In this document: positions 39,696 through 48,500 of the stretch, piece by piece
Layout of the letters: each line of letters starts with the position of its first letter
Position numbering within the stretch: position 1 is the first letter of the stretch
Made by a program: the position numbers and the translations under genes
Assembly (NCBI GenBank): GCA_015486015.1
Contig: WFSL01000024.1
Span: forward strand, 41,780 to 105,779
Direction: 5' to 3'
From: Aquificota bacterium
GTDB taxonomy: Bacteria; Thermosulfidibacterota; Thermosulfidibacteria; Thermosulfidibacterales; B14-G1
DNA: 64,000 nucleotides
Notes under the pieces: model-generated
The model's database searches: none
Told to the model about the DNA's origin: nothing
Seen by the model: only the letters and a program-made list of their open reading frames with translations

Positions 39696-40289
39696 GTGAG
39701 TAAGCGCGAAATTACAAGGATCAATCTCCTAAGGAGAGAAGCAAGGAGACTTAAGAAGAGAAAGGCGAGGATAGGTTTCTTTGAGAAGGAGTTCCCATTT
39801 GCTCTTGGTCGAGGCGCCATTGTTATAGCTGTTATCATAGCAGTGTTTGTGCTGTGTTTTGTGGGATACTCTTGGCATTTAAGCAGCGTCATCAAATCTA
39901 AGGAGAGAGTTCTCGCTAAGAAAAGGGCAGAGCTTAAGAGGCTGAAGGATGTTTATATGCGGATAAGTAGATTGGAGAACAAGAGGAAGGAGCTGGATAG
40001 TATGGTGAATGTGGTGGAGAAACTTTCTGCTGGAAGGGACTGCATGATTCAGTTTTTCGAGGGATTGGAGTCCACTATTCCCCCTATCTCTTGGCTCTCT
40101 TCCCTGGAATTTAATAGGGGTGCAGTGAGACTTGAGGGGTATGCCCTGGAGGATAAGGGAGTGGCGGACTTTATGGATAACTTGGCGCGCTTCCCCTGGG
40201 TTTCGAGATGCAAGTTGGGATACATAAAGGAAGTGAAGTTCGCCCACATGATGGTAAAGGAGTTTTCTTTTACTGTATCTCTGAGGTGA
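39696..40289 (+). CDS. pilN: Type IV pilus assembly protein PilN
   Basis: INLL motif near the N-terminus, a single TM helix and a coiled coil. GTG start after an AGGAG RBS. Confidence 0.75.
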   Translation: MSKREITRINLLRREARRLKKRKARIGFFEKEFPFALGRGAIVIAVIIAVFVLCFVGYSWHLSSVIKSKERVLAKKRAELKRLKDVYMRISRLENKRKELDSMVNVVEKLSAGRDCMIQFFEGLESTIPPISWLSSLEFNRGAVRLEGYALEDKGVADFMDNLARFPWVSRCKLGYIKEVKFAHMMVKEFSFTVSLR

Positions 40290-40295
40290 AAGAGA

Positions 40296-40886
40296 ATGGA
40301 TAAGGAGCTATTTAAAAAGGTAGTGATAGCTATCCTTGTCATGGTGTGTTTTGGGTATGTTGGGAACATTTATCTTCTGGGATCAAAGAGGCGGCGTGTG
40401 AAATCCTTGGAGGAGGAGATAGTTTCTGTGGTCAGGGAGATTGAGAAGTGCAGGAAGGCCCAAAAAAGGGAGGAGGCCTTAAAGCAGGAGGTAGCGGATC
40501 TGGAGAGGAGGTTCGAGGTAATCAAGGCCGTGTTGCCTAAGGAGGATGAGATCCCAGGGCTCATACGTCAAGTCTCTAAATTGGCATATTATAATAGGGT
40601 CGATTATACCCTCTTCAAGCGTGGGAAGGAGAAGGTGACGAATAAAGGTTATGCGACCCTTGACATCGCCATAGAATTCCGTGGGTCTTACCCCCAGTTG
40701 GTATCCATTGTTAGAGGTGTTTCGGGTATGAAGCGTTTGGTGAAGCCTGTGGTGATGAAAGTGGCGTACGCTCAGAAAAAGGCGGTGTTGGAGAACCCTT
40801 TATTGAAGGTGAAGTGCATGCTGGAGACCTATAGATACGTCCCGGTATCCAAGAGGGAAGGAAAACATGGTAAAGGGAAGAGATAA
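40296..40886 (+). CDS. pilO: Type IV pilus assembly protein PilO
   Basis: N-terminal TM helix, coiled coil, ~195 aa, and its position between pilN and pilP. Confidence 0.65.
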   Translation: MDKELFKKVVIAILVMVCFGYVGNIYLLGSKRRRVKSLEEEIVSVVREIEKCRKAQKREEALKQEVADLERRFEVIKAVLPKEDEIPGLIRQVSKLAYYNRVDYTLFKRGKEKVTNKGYATLDIAIEFRGSYPQLVSIVRGVSGMKRLVKPVVMKVAYAQKKAVLENPLLKVKCMLETYRYVPVSKREGKHGKGKR

Positions 40887-41253
40887 GGCCTGGCTGTTTG
40901 TGGGTCTCTCGCTCCTTTCAAGTGTGATGCCTGGGATGGGTTTTGCTGCCCCAAGGGGCGCCCTGGTTGTTGTGAGGAACCCTTTTCGGCCACCCCCTGC
41001 GGTTACTAGAAGTTTAGTGGTAAAAGGCATTGCACCTGCTTCTCCTCTTCAGAAATATGAGTTGGAGTCCTTTGTGCTGAAAGGAGTGGCGGATAAGGAA
41101 GCAATAGTGCTCTCCCCTGATGGTGATGTGTTTATAGTGAAAAAGGGGACGAAGATAGGGAGAAGGGGAGAAGTGGTTGTAGGTGTATATAGGGACAGGG
41201 TGGCAGTTAAGAGGGGAGATAGAGTGATATACCTCTTGTTCCCCAAGGAATAG
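40867..41253 (+). CDS. pilP: Type IV pilus assembly lipoprotein PilP
   Basis: Signal peptide, the RNPFRPP motif and a C-terminal beta domain. It precedes the secretin gene. Confidence 0.7.
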   Translation: MVKGRDKAWLFVGLSLLSSVMPGMGFAAPRGALVVVRNPFRPPPAVTRSLVVKGIAPASPLQKYELESFVLKGVADKEAIVLSPDGDVFIVKKGTKIGRRGEVVVGVYRDRVAVKRGDRVIYLLFPKE

Positions 41254-41268
41254 AAGAGGAGAGGGGCC

Positions 41269-43356
41269 ATGAGTGGTAGACCTTTGTTTTGGTGTTTAGT
41301 TGGTATTTTGGTGGGGATGTGCGTATCTGCGGTGGCTGAAGGGGCATGGTACTCCTTGCAGGTAGAGGCATTGAAGAACCCTGCCACTGTTCAGTTGATG
41401 AGCAGAAAGGCAAAGGTTCTACATGAGCGTCTTAAACAACCCGTTTTCTTGGTGGAGAAGGGGGACTTCCATGCGTTGCTGGTGGGTAGATTTTCAAAAT
41501 TGGGGGATGCCACAGCATTTAAAAGGCAAGTGGCATCCCTCTATCCTGGTGCTTTCGTAGTACCGTGGAAGGGGTTTAGGATAATGAAGGCAGTAGGCAT
41601 AAAGAAGGAATGTTTGCCTCCCCTCGCAAGGGATTATCATGTACCCCGAGAGTCCCCCTCTAAGAAGAGGGGGATGTATCCAAAGAATGAACTTGTAAGG
41701 GTAAGGAGTGTGGGGGACTGCCTCCTCCTCACAGGCAAGGCTCCCTGGGATTTTGTGGACTTAAAGAGGCTGGATCATCCTATTCGCTATGTGGTTCATC
41801 TTTTTAACACCCGTCCTTCTGTTCCCTTAGACACACTGTATGCCCCCTTAAAGGGTGTGGAGAAGGTCAAGGTGCTCTATGACTATAAAGACAAGAAGAC
41901 GGATGTGGTCCTTTATACTACTTCCCCTGGACCCCTGGCGATGGAGAAAGTGGGGAGAGACATCTCGCTTCACTTCGAGGTTCCTGTGGGGGGAATCTCA
42001 GGCAAGGGGATCCCTCCAGGCTTGGGGAGTGTGGGGGGTGCCAAGAAATATGTGGGTAACAGGATCTCTCTGGAGTTTAAGAAGGCTGACATCAGAGACG
42101 TGATTCGCCTCATTTCTGAGGTGAGCGGTATGAACTTTGTGGTGGATCCCGATGTGAAGGGTACCGTGACAGTAAAGCTGGACAATATCCCCTGGGATCA
42201 GGCCTTGGACATCATCCTTAAGACTAACCACTTGGGCAGGGTGATGGAGGATGGCGTTGTGAGGATAGCCACATTGAAGAGTCTCAGGACCGAGGGGAGT
42301 GAGCAAGAGGCGGCAAGAAAGGCCTTGGAAAAGACCAAACCATTGGTCATGGAGGTGATCCCCCTGAGCTTTACGGATGCGAGTAAGGTGAAGACCCTCA
42401 TTAAGCCCCTCTTGAGTGACTATGGTAAGGTGGATTACTTGGAGAGGATCAATGCCTTAGTGGTAAAGGATAATCCAGACAGGATCGCTAAGATAAAGAG
42501 GTTCGTGAGGCAGATCGATACCCCTACGCTCCAGATCCAGATTGGAGCAAGGATCGTAGAGATTGTAACCACTTACCTTAAGGAACTGGGGATACAGTGG
42601 GGATTCCTTTGGAGGCAGACCAAAACAGAGATGAGCTTTCCTTACTCCTTCGGTGTCGGAGGTGGAGTATCCAGCGCTCCAGCGGCTTCTCAAGCCCTCA
42701 CAACCATGGAAGGGGTGTCGGGCTGGTCTCCTGCATCTATAGCCCCTGGTTTTGTGGTAGATCTCCCTGCAGCGGCAGCGACTGGTTCAGGAGGGGCTAT
42801 TGCTGCCAGCCTCCTCAATGCCAGCGAGACCTTTGGCTTGGACATCAGACTCTCCGCTTTGGAGGAAGAGGGGGTGGCCAGGACCGTCTCTAATCCCAAG
42901 CTGGTCACCTTGAATAATCAGGAGGCAGAGATCAGTCAAGGATACGAGATCCCCTTTGCCACTGTGTCTGAGTCAGGAACACAGACTCAGTTTAAGGAAG
43001 CCAAGCTCAAGCTTTCTGTGAAGCCTCACATCACATCCAGCGGAGACATCGTCATGGATGTGGAAGTATCCAAGGATTCTCCTGATTTTACCCATGTGAC
43101 CCCTGATGGAGTGCCTATCCAGACCAGATCCGTTAAAACCTCGGTCAGGATGAAGAACGGCGATACCTTGATCATTGGCGGCATTTATGAGATGACTAAG
43201 AGCAAGCATAGCAATGAGGTGCCTGGCTTTAGCAGGATTCCCCTCTTGAGCTGGCTCTTCCGCCATAGGACAGAGAACTTGGAAAAACGCGAGCTCCTCG
43301 TATTCATTACCCCTTCTGTGATAGAGGCAGGGATAGCCCAAAATAAAGGGAGATGA
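41269..43356 (+). CDS. pilQ: Type IV pilus secretin PilQ, with N-terminal SPOR-like and AMIN-like domains
   Basis: C-terminal secretin domain ([33 protein letters not shown]... and GGIYEM...[14 protein letters not shown]). The N-terminus ([12 protein letters not shown]...[11 protein letters not shown]) looks like a SPOR domain and is followed by an AMIN-like beta domain. Confidence 0.85.
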   Translation: MSGRPLFWCLVGILVGMCVSAVAEGAWYSLQVEALKNPATVQLMSRKAKVLHERLKQPVFLVEKGDFHALLVGRFSKLGDATAFKRQVASLYPGAFVVPWKGFRIMKAVGIKKECLPPLARDYHVPRESPSKKRGMYPKNELVRVRSVGDCLLLTGKAPWDFVDLKRLDHPIRYVVHLFNTRPSVPLDTLYAPLKGVEKVKVLYDYKDKKTDVVLYTTSPGPLAMEKVGRDISLHFEVPVGGISGKGIPPGLGSVGGAKKYVGNRISLEFKKADIRDVIRLISEVSGMNFVVDPDVKGTVTVKLDNIPWDQALDIILKTNHLGRVMEDGVVRIATLKSLRTEGSEQEAARKALEKTKPLVMEVIPLSFTDASKVKTLIKPLLSDYGKVDYLERINALVVKDNPDRIAKIKRFVRQIDTPTLQIQIGARIVEIVTTYLKELGIQWGFLWRQTKTEMSFPYSFGVGGGVSSAPAASQALTTMEGVSGWSPASIAPGFVVDLPAAAATGSGGAIAASLLNASETFGLDIRLSALEEEGVARTVSNPKLVTLNNQEAEISQGYEIPFATVSESGTQTQFKEAKLKLSVKPHITSSGDIVMDVEVSKDSPDFTHVTPDGVPIQTRSVKTSVRMKNGDTLIIGGIYEMTKSKHSNEVPGFSRIPLLSWLFRHRTENLEKRELLVFITPSVIEAGIAQNKGR

Positions 43357-44486
43357 GGTTTCTTACAGGAGGTGAGTCTCACGGTCCGGCCCTTCTGGCT
43401 GTGGTAGAGGGTGTTCCCGCACATCTCCCCCTCACCGCAGACTATATCGATTTCCAGCTGGCCAGGAGGCAGGTGGGTGTGGGAAGGGGGGGCAGGATGG
43501 CCATAGAGCGGGACACCGTGAAAATCCTGTCCGGTGTGCGAGGGGGAGAGACCTTGGGCTCCCCCATTTCACTACTCATCAGAAATCGGGATTGGGTCAA
43601 TTGGCGTGACGTTATGCCTGTAAAGGGTCCCATTGAAGGAGAGGGGGTGACTAGGCCCAGGCCTGGCCATGCGGATCTGGCTGGGGCCATAAAATATGGG
43701 CATAGGGATATAAGGAATGTAATAGAGAGGGCCAGCGCTCGTGAAACTGCTGTCCGTACCGCAGTGGGGGCGGTAGCTCGCCGGTTTTTAGAGGAGATAG
43801 GGGTAGAGATCCTCTCTCATGTGGTGAGGATAGGCGAAGTGGAGGCTCGAAAGGTGGAGCTTGGCAGGGTGGAGGGATCGCCGGTCCGTTGTGGGGATCC
43901 CGAGGCAGAGGCAAGGATGATAGAGGCCATTGATGGTGCCCGGTGCAAAGGAGATTCCTTGGGAGGCATGTTTGAGGTGAGGGTGAGGGGGGTGTTGCCT
44001 GGGCTTGGTAGCTATGTGCACTGGGAGAAACGATTGGATGCCAAGCTTGCTCAAGCTGTGGTTTCTATCCCTGCAGTTAAGGGGGTGGAGATAGGCGAGG
44101 CGTTTATGGTCAGCCGCTTATCAGGCTCTCAAGCCCACGATCCTATCTATTGGGATGAGACGAGAGGCTTTTACAGGAGGACTAACAGAGCAGGGGGGAT
44201 TGAAGGAGGAATAAGCAATGGGGAAGAGATTGTGGTCCGGGGTCTCATGAAACCCATACCTACCCTGAGCGTCCCTTTGGACTCGGTAGACATAAGGAGC
44301 AAGGAGCCATTCCCTTCCCATAGGGAGCGCTCTGATGTGTGTGCTGTCCCTGCTGCAGGGGTTATAGCTGAGGCTATGGTGGCGTGGGTACTGGCCCAGG
44401 CCGTGTTGGATAAGATGGGTGGGGATACTATGGAAGAAGTGAAGGAGCGATGGGAGAGGCACAAAGAGCGGGTAAGGCGCTTTTGA
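43353..44486 (+). CDS. aroC: Chorismate synthase
   Basis: [15 protein letters not shown]-terminus and GRSSARETA-like motifs ([12 protein letters not shown]). Full length. Confidence 0.92.
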   Translation: MRFLTGGESHGPALLAVVEGVPAHLPLTADYIDFQLARRQVGVGRGGRMAIERDTVKILSGVRGGETLGSPISLLIRNRDWVNWRDVMPVKGPIEGEGVTRPRPGHADLAGAIKYGHRDIRNVIERASARETAVRTAVGAVARRFLEEIGVEILSHVVRIGEVEARKVELGRVEGSPVRCGDPEAEARMIEAIDGARCKGDSLGGMFEVRVRGVLPGLGSYVHWEKRLDAKLAQAVVSIPAVKGVEIGEAFMVSRLSGSQAHDPIYWDETRGFYRRTNRAGGIEGGISNGEEIVVRGLMKPIPTLSVPLDSVDIRSKEPFPSHRERSDVCAVPAAGVIAEAMVAWVLAQAVLDKMGGDTMEEVKERWERHKERVRRF

Positions 44487-44989
44487 GGTCGCCTATTTAC
44501 CTGATAGGGTTCATGGCTGTGGGCAAGAGCACGGTGGGGTTGATGTTGGCTGAAAGGCTTGGCCTTCCCTTTGTGGATCTCGATAAGGTGGTAGAGGAAC
44601 TGAGGGGGCTTTGTATTTCTGAGATTTTTCAAATGGAAGGTGAGGAAGGTTTCAGGGAGTGGGAGACAAGGGCCCTGAGGCAGGTATCCAATGGGCTTGC
44701 CGTGGTTGCTACAGGGGGAGGCGTTGTCACTAAGGAGGAGAACTGGAGATACTTGCAACAGGGCATCACCGTGGCGTTGGTGGCATCTCCTGAGGCCCTC
44801 AAGAGGCGCATAGGCAGCGGAGAAGGGCGACCATTATATGACGCCTCTTCCTGGAAGGCACTCCTCTATGAGCGGGAGCCCCTTTACAGGAGGGCTCAGG
44901 TGGTTATAGATACCACCTGGCTTACCCCTGGAGAGGTAGTGGAAAGTATCTTGGAGGCCTTGGATGAGCTGGAAAGTGTTGGTAGTTAA
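44450..44989 (+). CDS. aroK: Shikimate kinase
   Basis: P-loop [13 protein letters not shown]. The real start is probably a non-ATG codon near 44480, which avoids most of the overlap with aroC. Confidence 0.85.
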   Translation: MGEAQRAGKALLRSPIYLIGFMAVGKSTVGLMLAERLGLPFVDLDKVVEELRGLCISEIFQMEGEEGFREWETRALRQVSNGLAVVATGGGVVTKEENWRYLQQGITVALVASPEALKRRIGSGEGRPLYDASSWKALLYEREPLYRRAQVVIDTTWLTPGEVVESILEALDELESVGS

Positions 44990-45401
44990 TGGCCCCAATA
45001 TGAATGTGCTGGGTCAGAGGGAGAAAGGGTTTTATGGAGCGATGACCCTGGGTGATCTGGAGGGTTTAGTGAAGAAAAAGGCCGATGAGCTGGGGATGGA
45101 GGTGGATTTCTTTCAGTCCAATCATGAGGGCGAGTTGGTGGAGGCCATTCAGAGGGCCAGCTCTTATCACTGTATTATTATCAATGCTGCTGCATATACA
45201 CATACAAGCATAGCCATAAGGGATGCCCTCCTCGCTGTGGGCAGACCCTTTATAGAGGTGCACATGTCCAATATTTATGCCAGGGAGCCCTTTCGCCATC
45301 GCTCCCTCCTTTCCGATGTGGCTCGAGGGCAGATTGTGGGGTTTGGCCCAGTGAGCTATACCCTTGCCTTGGAGGCGGCCTACGCAATCCTCAAAGGGTG
45401 A
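44964..45401 (+). CDS. aroQ: 3-dehydroquinate dehydratase, type II
   Basis: [17 protein letters not shown]-terminus and the HMSNIYAREPFRHRS motif. Confidence 0.9.
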   Translation: MSWKVLVVNGPNMNVLGQREKGFYGAMTLGDLEGLVKKKADELGMEVDFFQSNHEGELVEAIQRASSYHCIIINAAAYTHTSIAIRDALLAVGRPFIEVHMSNIYAREPFRHRSLLSDVARGQIVGFGPVSYTLALEAAYAILKG

Positions 45402-45402
45402 A

Positions 45403-46452
45403 ATGGCGCTGGGGTCTATAAGGGAGAAGCTCACCTGCGAGGGTGTGGATGCGTTTCTTGTCACCCATCTTGTGAATGTGAGGTATCTTTCTGGATTTAC
45501 TGGATCATTTGCTGCGGTGGTGATTTCTCCATCGGAGGCCCTGTTTGTAACAGATGCCCGGTATGAGGTGCAGGCGGAAGAGGAAGTGGGTCCGCCGTTT
45601 ACAAGGCTTACCCTTAAGCCAGGGCAAAGGCTCTCTCAGTTAATCATTGAGGGGGGATGGCGCTCCATTGCTGTTGAGGACACCATAACCTTAGCTCAGT
45701 ATAATAGGATAAAAGGCTCACTAAGTGATGTCCAACTACGGACCTGGTCTGGAGTGGTAGAGGGATTTAGAAGGTTCAAGACCCCAGAAGAGGTCTTGAA
45801 GATAAAGAAGGCAGTAGAATTGGCTTGGAAAGCGTTTCGAGAGGTGAAAGGGAAGGTATGCCCAGGTGTAATAGAGAGAGACCTGGCACTCGAACTGGAA
45901 TTTACCATGAGAAAAAGGGGAGCCGAGGCGGGGGCCTTTGACTTCATTGTGGCCTCGGGGCCTCGATCGGCGCTACCTCATGGTGCTGCTTCCTCGAAGG
46001 AGATCCATGGGGGTGATTTGGTCGTCTTCGATTTTGGTGCCAGGTGGGAAGGGTACCACTCTGATATTACCAGAACACTAAAAGTGGGGACGTGGGAAAA
46101 GTGGGAAAAGGAGATATACACCCTCGTGTTGGAAGCGCAAGGAGCTGCATTGGAGGCCTTAAAACCTGGCATCAAGGCGCAAGAGGTGGATGCTATAGCC
46201 AGAAGGGTAATTGAAAAAGGGGGTTATGGGGCCTACTTTGGGCACGGATTGGGGCACGGTGTGGGACTGGAGGTACATGAGGCGCCTTCTTTGTCCCCTG
46301 TCTCGGAGGATACCTTAGAGATAGGAACGATCTTCACCATTGAGCCGGGGATATATATTCCCAATAAGGGGGGGGTGAGGATAGAAGACATGGTATACCT
46401 CAGTCCAGAGGGCCCCAAGATCCTCACAGAGGAGGTGGAGAAGGAGATATGA
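45403..46452 (+). CDS. pepP: Xaa-Pro aminopeptidase (M24 family)
   Basis: Creatinase N-domain, then pita-bread metal ligands (VFDFGA, HGLGHGVGLEVHE, FTIEPGIY, RIED). Confidence 0.85.
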   Translation: MALGSIREKLTCEGVDAFLVTHLVNVRYLSGFTGSFAAVVISPSEALFVTDARYEVQAEEEVGPPFTRLTLKPGQRLSQLIIEGGWRSIAVEDTITLAQYNRIKGSLSDVQLRTWSGVVEGFRRFKTPEEVLKIKKAVELAWKAFREVKGKVCPGVIERDLALELEFTMRKRGAEAGAFDFIVASGPRSALPHGAASSKEIHGGDLVVFDFGARWEGYHSDITRTLKVGTWEKWEKEIYTLVLEAQGAALEALKPGIKAQEVDAIARRVIEKGGYGAYFGHGLGHGVGLEVHEAPSLSPVSEDTLEIGTIFTIEPGIYIPNKGGVRIEDMVYLSPEGPKILTEEVEKEI

Positions 46453-46898
46453 GGAAATCGAGGGCCAGCCTCAGGGTCCGATACGGCGAAACTGATCAGA
46501 TGGGTGGGGTGTATTATGCCAATTATATTGTCTGGTTTGAGATAGGGAGGAGTGCCCTCTTAAGGGAGGCTGGGTGTGCGTATAAGGAGCTCGAAAAGGG
46601 AGGGTGCATTCTCCCCGTGGTGGAGAGCTACTGTAAGTACAGGGCCCCTGCTTATTACGATGAGCACCTGCTTATAGAGACTTGGATAGCAAAACTCACT
46701 AAGAGGGATCTCACATTCTCCTATGCTATCAGTAGGGGAGATAGACTCCTGGCTGAGGGATACACCCGTCACATCCCCATCAACCCCAACGGTAGGCGTA
46801 TATCTCTCCCTCCTCACCTTTTCCCCCTCTTGTCCCCCTATGTGGAGGAGGATCGGGCCAGGCTAAGGCCCTTCCCACCGCCCTCTCGTTTGAGATAA
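46449..46898 (+). CDS. Acyl-CoA thioesterase (YbgC / 4HBT hotdog family)
   Basis: RVRYGETDQMGGVYYANYIVWFEIGRSALL is the 4HBT-family catalytic-Asp N-terminal motif. Confidence 0.8.
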   Translation: MRKSRASLRVRYGETDQMGGVYYANYIVWFEIGRSALLREAGCAYKELEKGGCILPVVESYCKYRAPAYYDEHLLIETWIAKLTKRDLTFSYAISRGDRLLAEGYTRHIPINPNGRRISLPPHLFPLLSPYVEEDRARLRPFPPPSRLR

Positions 46899-47188
46899 TC
46901 GATGATAGTAAAGATTTGACAGGGAATCGGGTTGATGCTAAATAAAACATAGATGATGCCCAGAGGGTTGAAGGGGCTTTGCTTAAGAGGGACTTATAAA
47001 AGACCAGGTAACAGTGGATTGTGGGGGATTCTAACGGAAAAGGGGTAGCGGAGTTACTCAATTTAGGCGATACTCGATTTGTCCTTGCATTTGTGGGGAT
47101 GGATAGAAAAGGGAAGTCTCTTTTGCCCCTTGAGCATTGGGGGATAGGGGCCCTCGAGGATGGCCTTAGCGAATAGAAGGTGTAGGTT

Positions 47189-48475
47189 ATGAGGATTCTT
47201 CGGGTCGGGGAACCCTCCTTTTTGTCCTGGTTGGAGGAGGTGAGGCTCAGGGGCAAATACATCGAGTCTCGCGTGGAATCTGAGGTTGCTGCCATAATTC
47301 AGGATGTTAGGGAGAGGGGGGATGAGGCCTTATTGGAGTATACAGAGAAGTGGGACGGGTTTGCCCCTTCATCTTTGGAGGAATTGATCATCTCCAGTGG
47401 TGAGCTTGAGCGGGCCTTCCACTCCCTCTCCACTGAGCTCCAGGGGGCTCTCCAGGAGGCGGCTCGCAGGATAAGGAGGTTTCATGAGGCCCAATTGGAG
47501 CGCTCTTGGTTTTTGTATGATCTCCAGGGCAGCATTTTGGGACAGAAGGTTACTCCCATTGAGCGGGTGGGTGCCTACGTACCTAGTGGAAGGGCGAGTT
47601 ATCCCTCTTCCCTGTTGATGAACGTGATACCCGCTAAGGTGGCTGGTGTAAAGGAGGTGATCGTTTGTTCTCCTTCACCCTTAGGCTCTGTGAATGAAGC
47701 CCTTATGGGTGCAGCTTATATAGCGGGTGTGGAGAGGATGTTCAGGGTTGGTGGGGCCCAGGCTATTGCTGCTATGGCCTATGGGACTCGCCTTATTCCC
47801 CCTGTAGATAAGATTGTGGGACCTGGGAATGTATATGTTGCTACTGCAAAGCGCATGGTCTTTGGGGTAGTCGATATTGACATGATTGCGGGCCCCACCG
47901 AGATCGTAGTCTTGGCTGATGAGGATGCCTATGCAAGGTATGTGGCTGCCGATCTGTTATCTCAGGCTGAGCATGACGTCTTGGCCTCCTCAGTATTAGT
48001 AACTACCTCGTCCTCCCTTGCCAGGGAGGTGGCGAAGGAGATCGATACTATGCTGGAGGACTTGGCCACTGGCGATACTGCCAGGCAGGCATTGGACAGG
48101 TATGGTGGGATAGTGATCTGCTCTACCCTCAAGGATGGGGTGGACGTGGTGAACCGTATTGCCCCTGAACACTTGGAGATCCTCACCAAGGATCCCTGGA
48201 GTGTATTGCCCCTGATTCACCATGCAGGGGCAATATTTCTTGGACCATATTCTCCCGGACCCATGGGAGACTATGCAGCAGGGCCAAACCACGTGCTGCC
48301 CACAGGGGGGCGGGCCAGGTTTTCCTCTCCTTTGGGGGTGAGGGACTTCCTCAAATACTCGAGCGTCGTCTCCCTCAGCAGGGAGACATTTATGAGTCTC
48401 AGGGATCGTGCGGTCACTTTGGCCTACTGGGAAGGCCTGCCAGCCCATGCCAAGGCGTTGGAGGTTAGGGAATAA
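47189..48475 (+). CDS. hisD: Histidinol dehydrogenase
   Basis: About 430 aa with GGAQAIAAMAYGT, GPGNVYVATAKR, the QAEHD zinc site and GPNHVLPTGG. Confidence 0.92.
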   Translation: MRILRVGEPSFLSWLEEVRLRGKYIESRVESEVAAIIQDVRERGDEALLEYTEKWDGFAPSSLEELIISSGELERAFHSLSTELQGALQEAARRIRRFHEAQLERSWFLYDLQGSILGQKVTPIERVGAYVPSGRASYPSSLLMNVIPAKVAGVKEVIVCSPSPLGSVNEALMGAAYIAGVERMFRVGGAQAIAAMAYGTRLIPPVDKIVGPGNVYVATAKRMVFGVVDIDMIAGPTEIVVLADEDAYARYVAADLLSQAEHDVLASSVLVTTSSSLAREVAKEIDTMLEDLATGDTARQALDRYGGIVICSTLKDGVDVVNRIAPEHLEILTKDPWSVLPLIHHAGAIFLGPYSPGPMGDYAAGPNHVLPTGGRARFSSPLGVRDFLKYSSVVSLSRETFMSLRDRAVTLAYWEGLPAHAKALEVRE

Positions 48476-48500
48476 GTAGAAATTTTCAGGAGGTATACGG

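Noticed and set aside
46899-47188. Possible histidine leader / attenuator upstream of hisD
   Set aside because: No run of His codons and no obvious alternative hairpins were seen.
46780-47295. 171-aa Ser/Pro-rich minus-strand ORF spanning the hisD upstream region
   Set aside because: Low complexity. It overlaps the thioesterase 3' end and the hisD 5' end and has no RBS or motifs. Likely spurious, although the 290-nt intergenic region itself may be regulatory.
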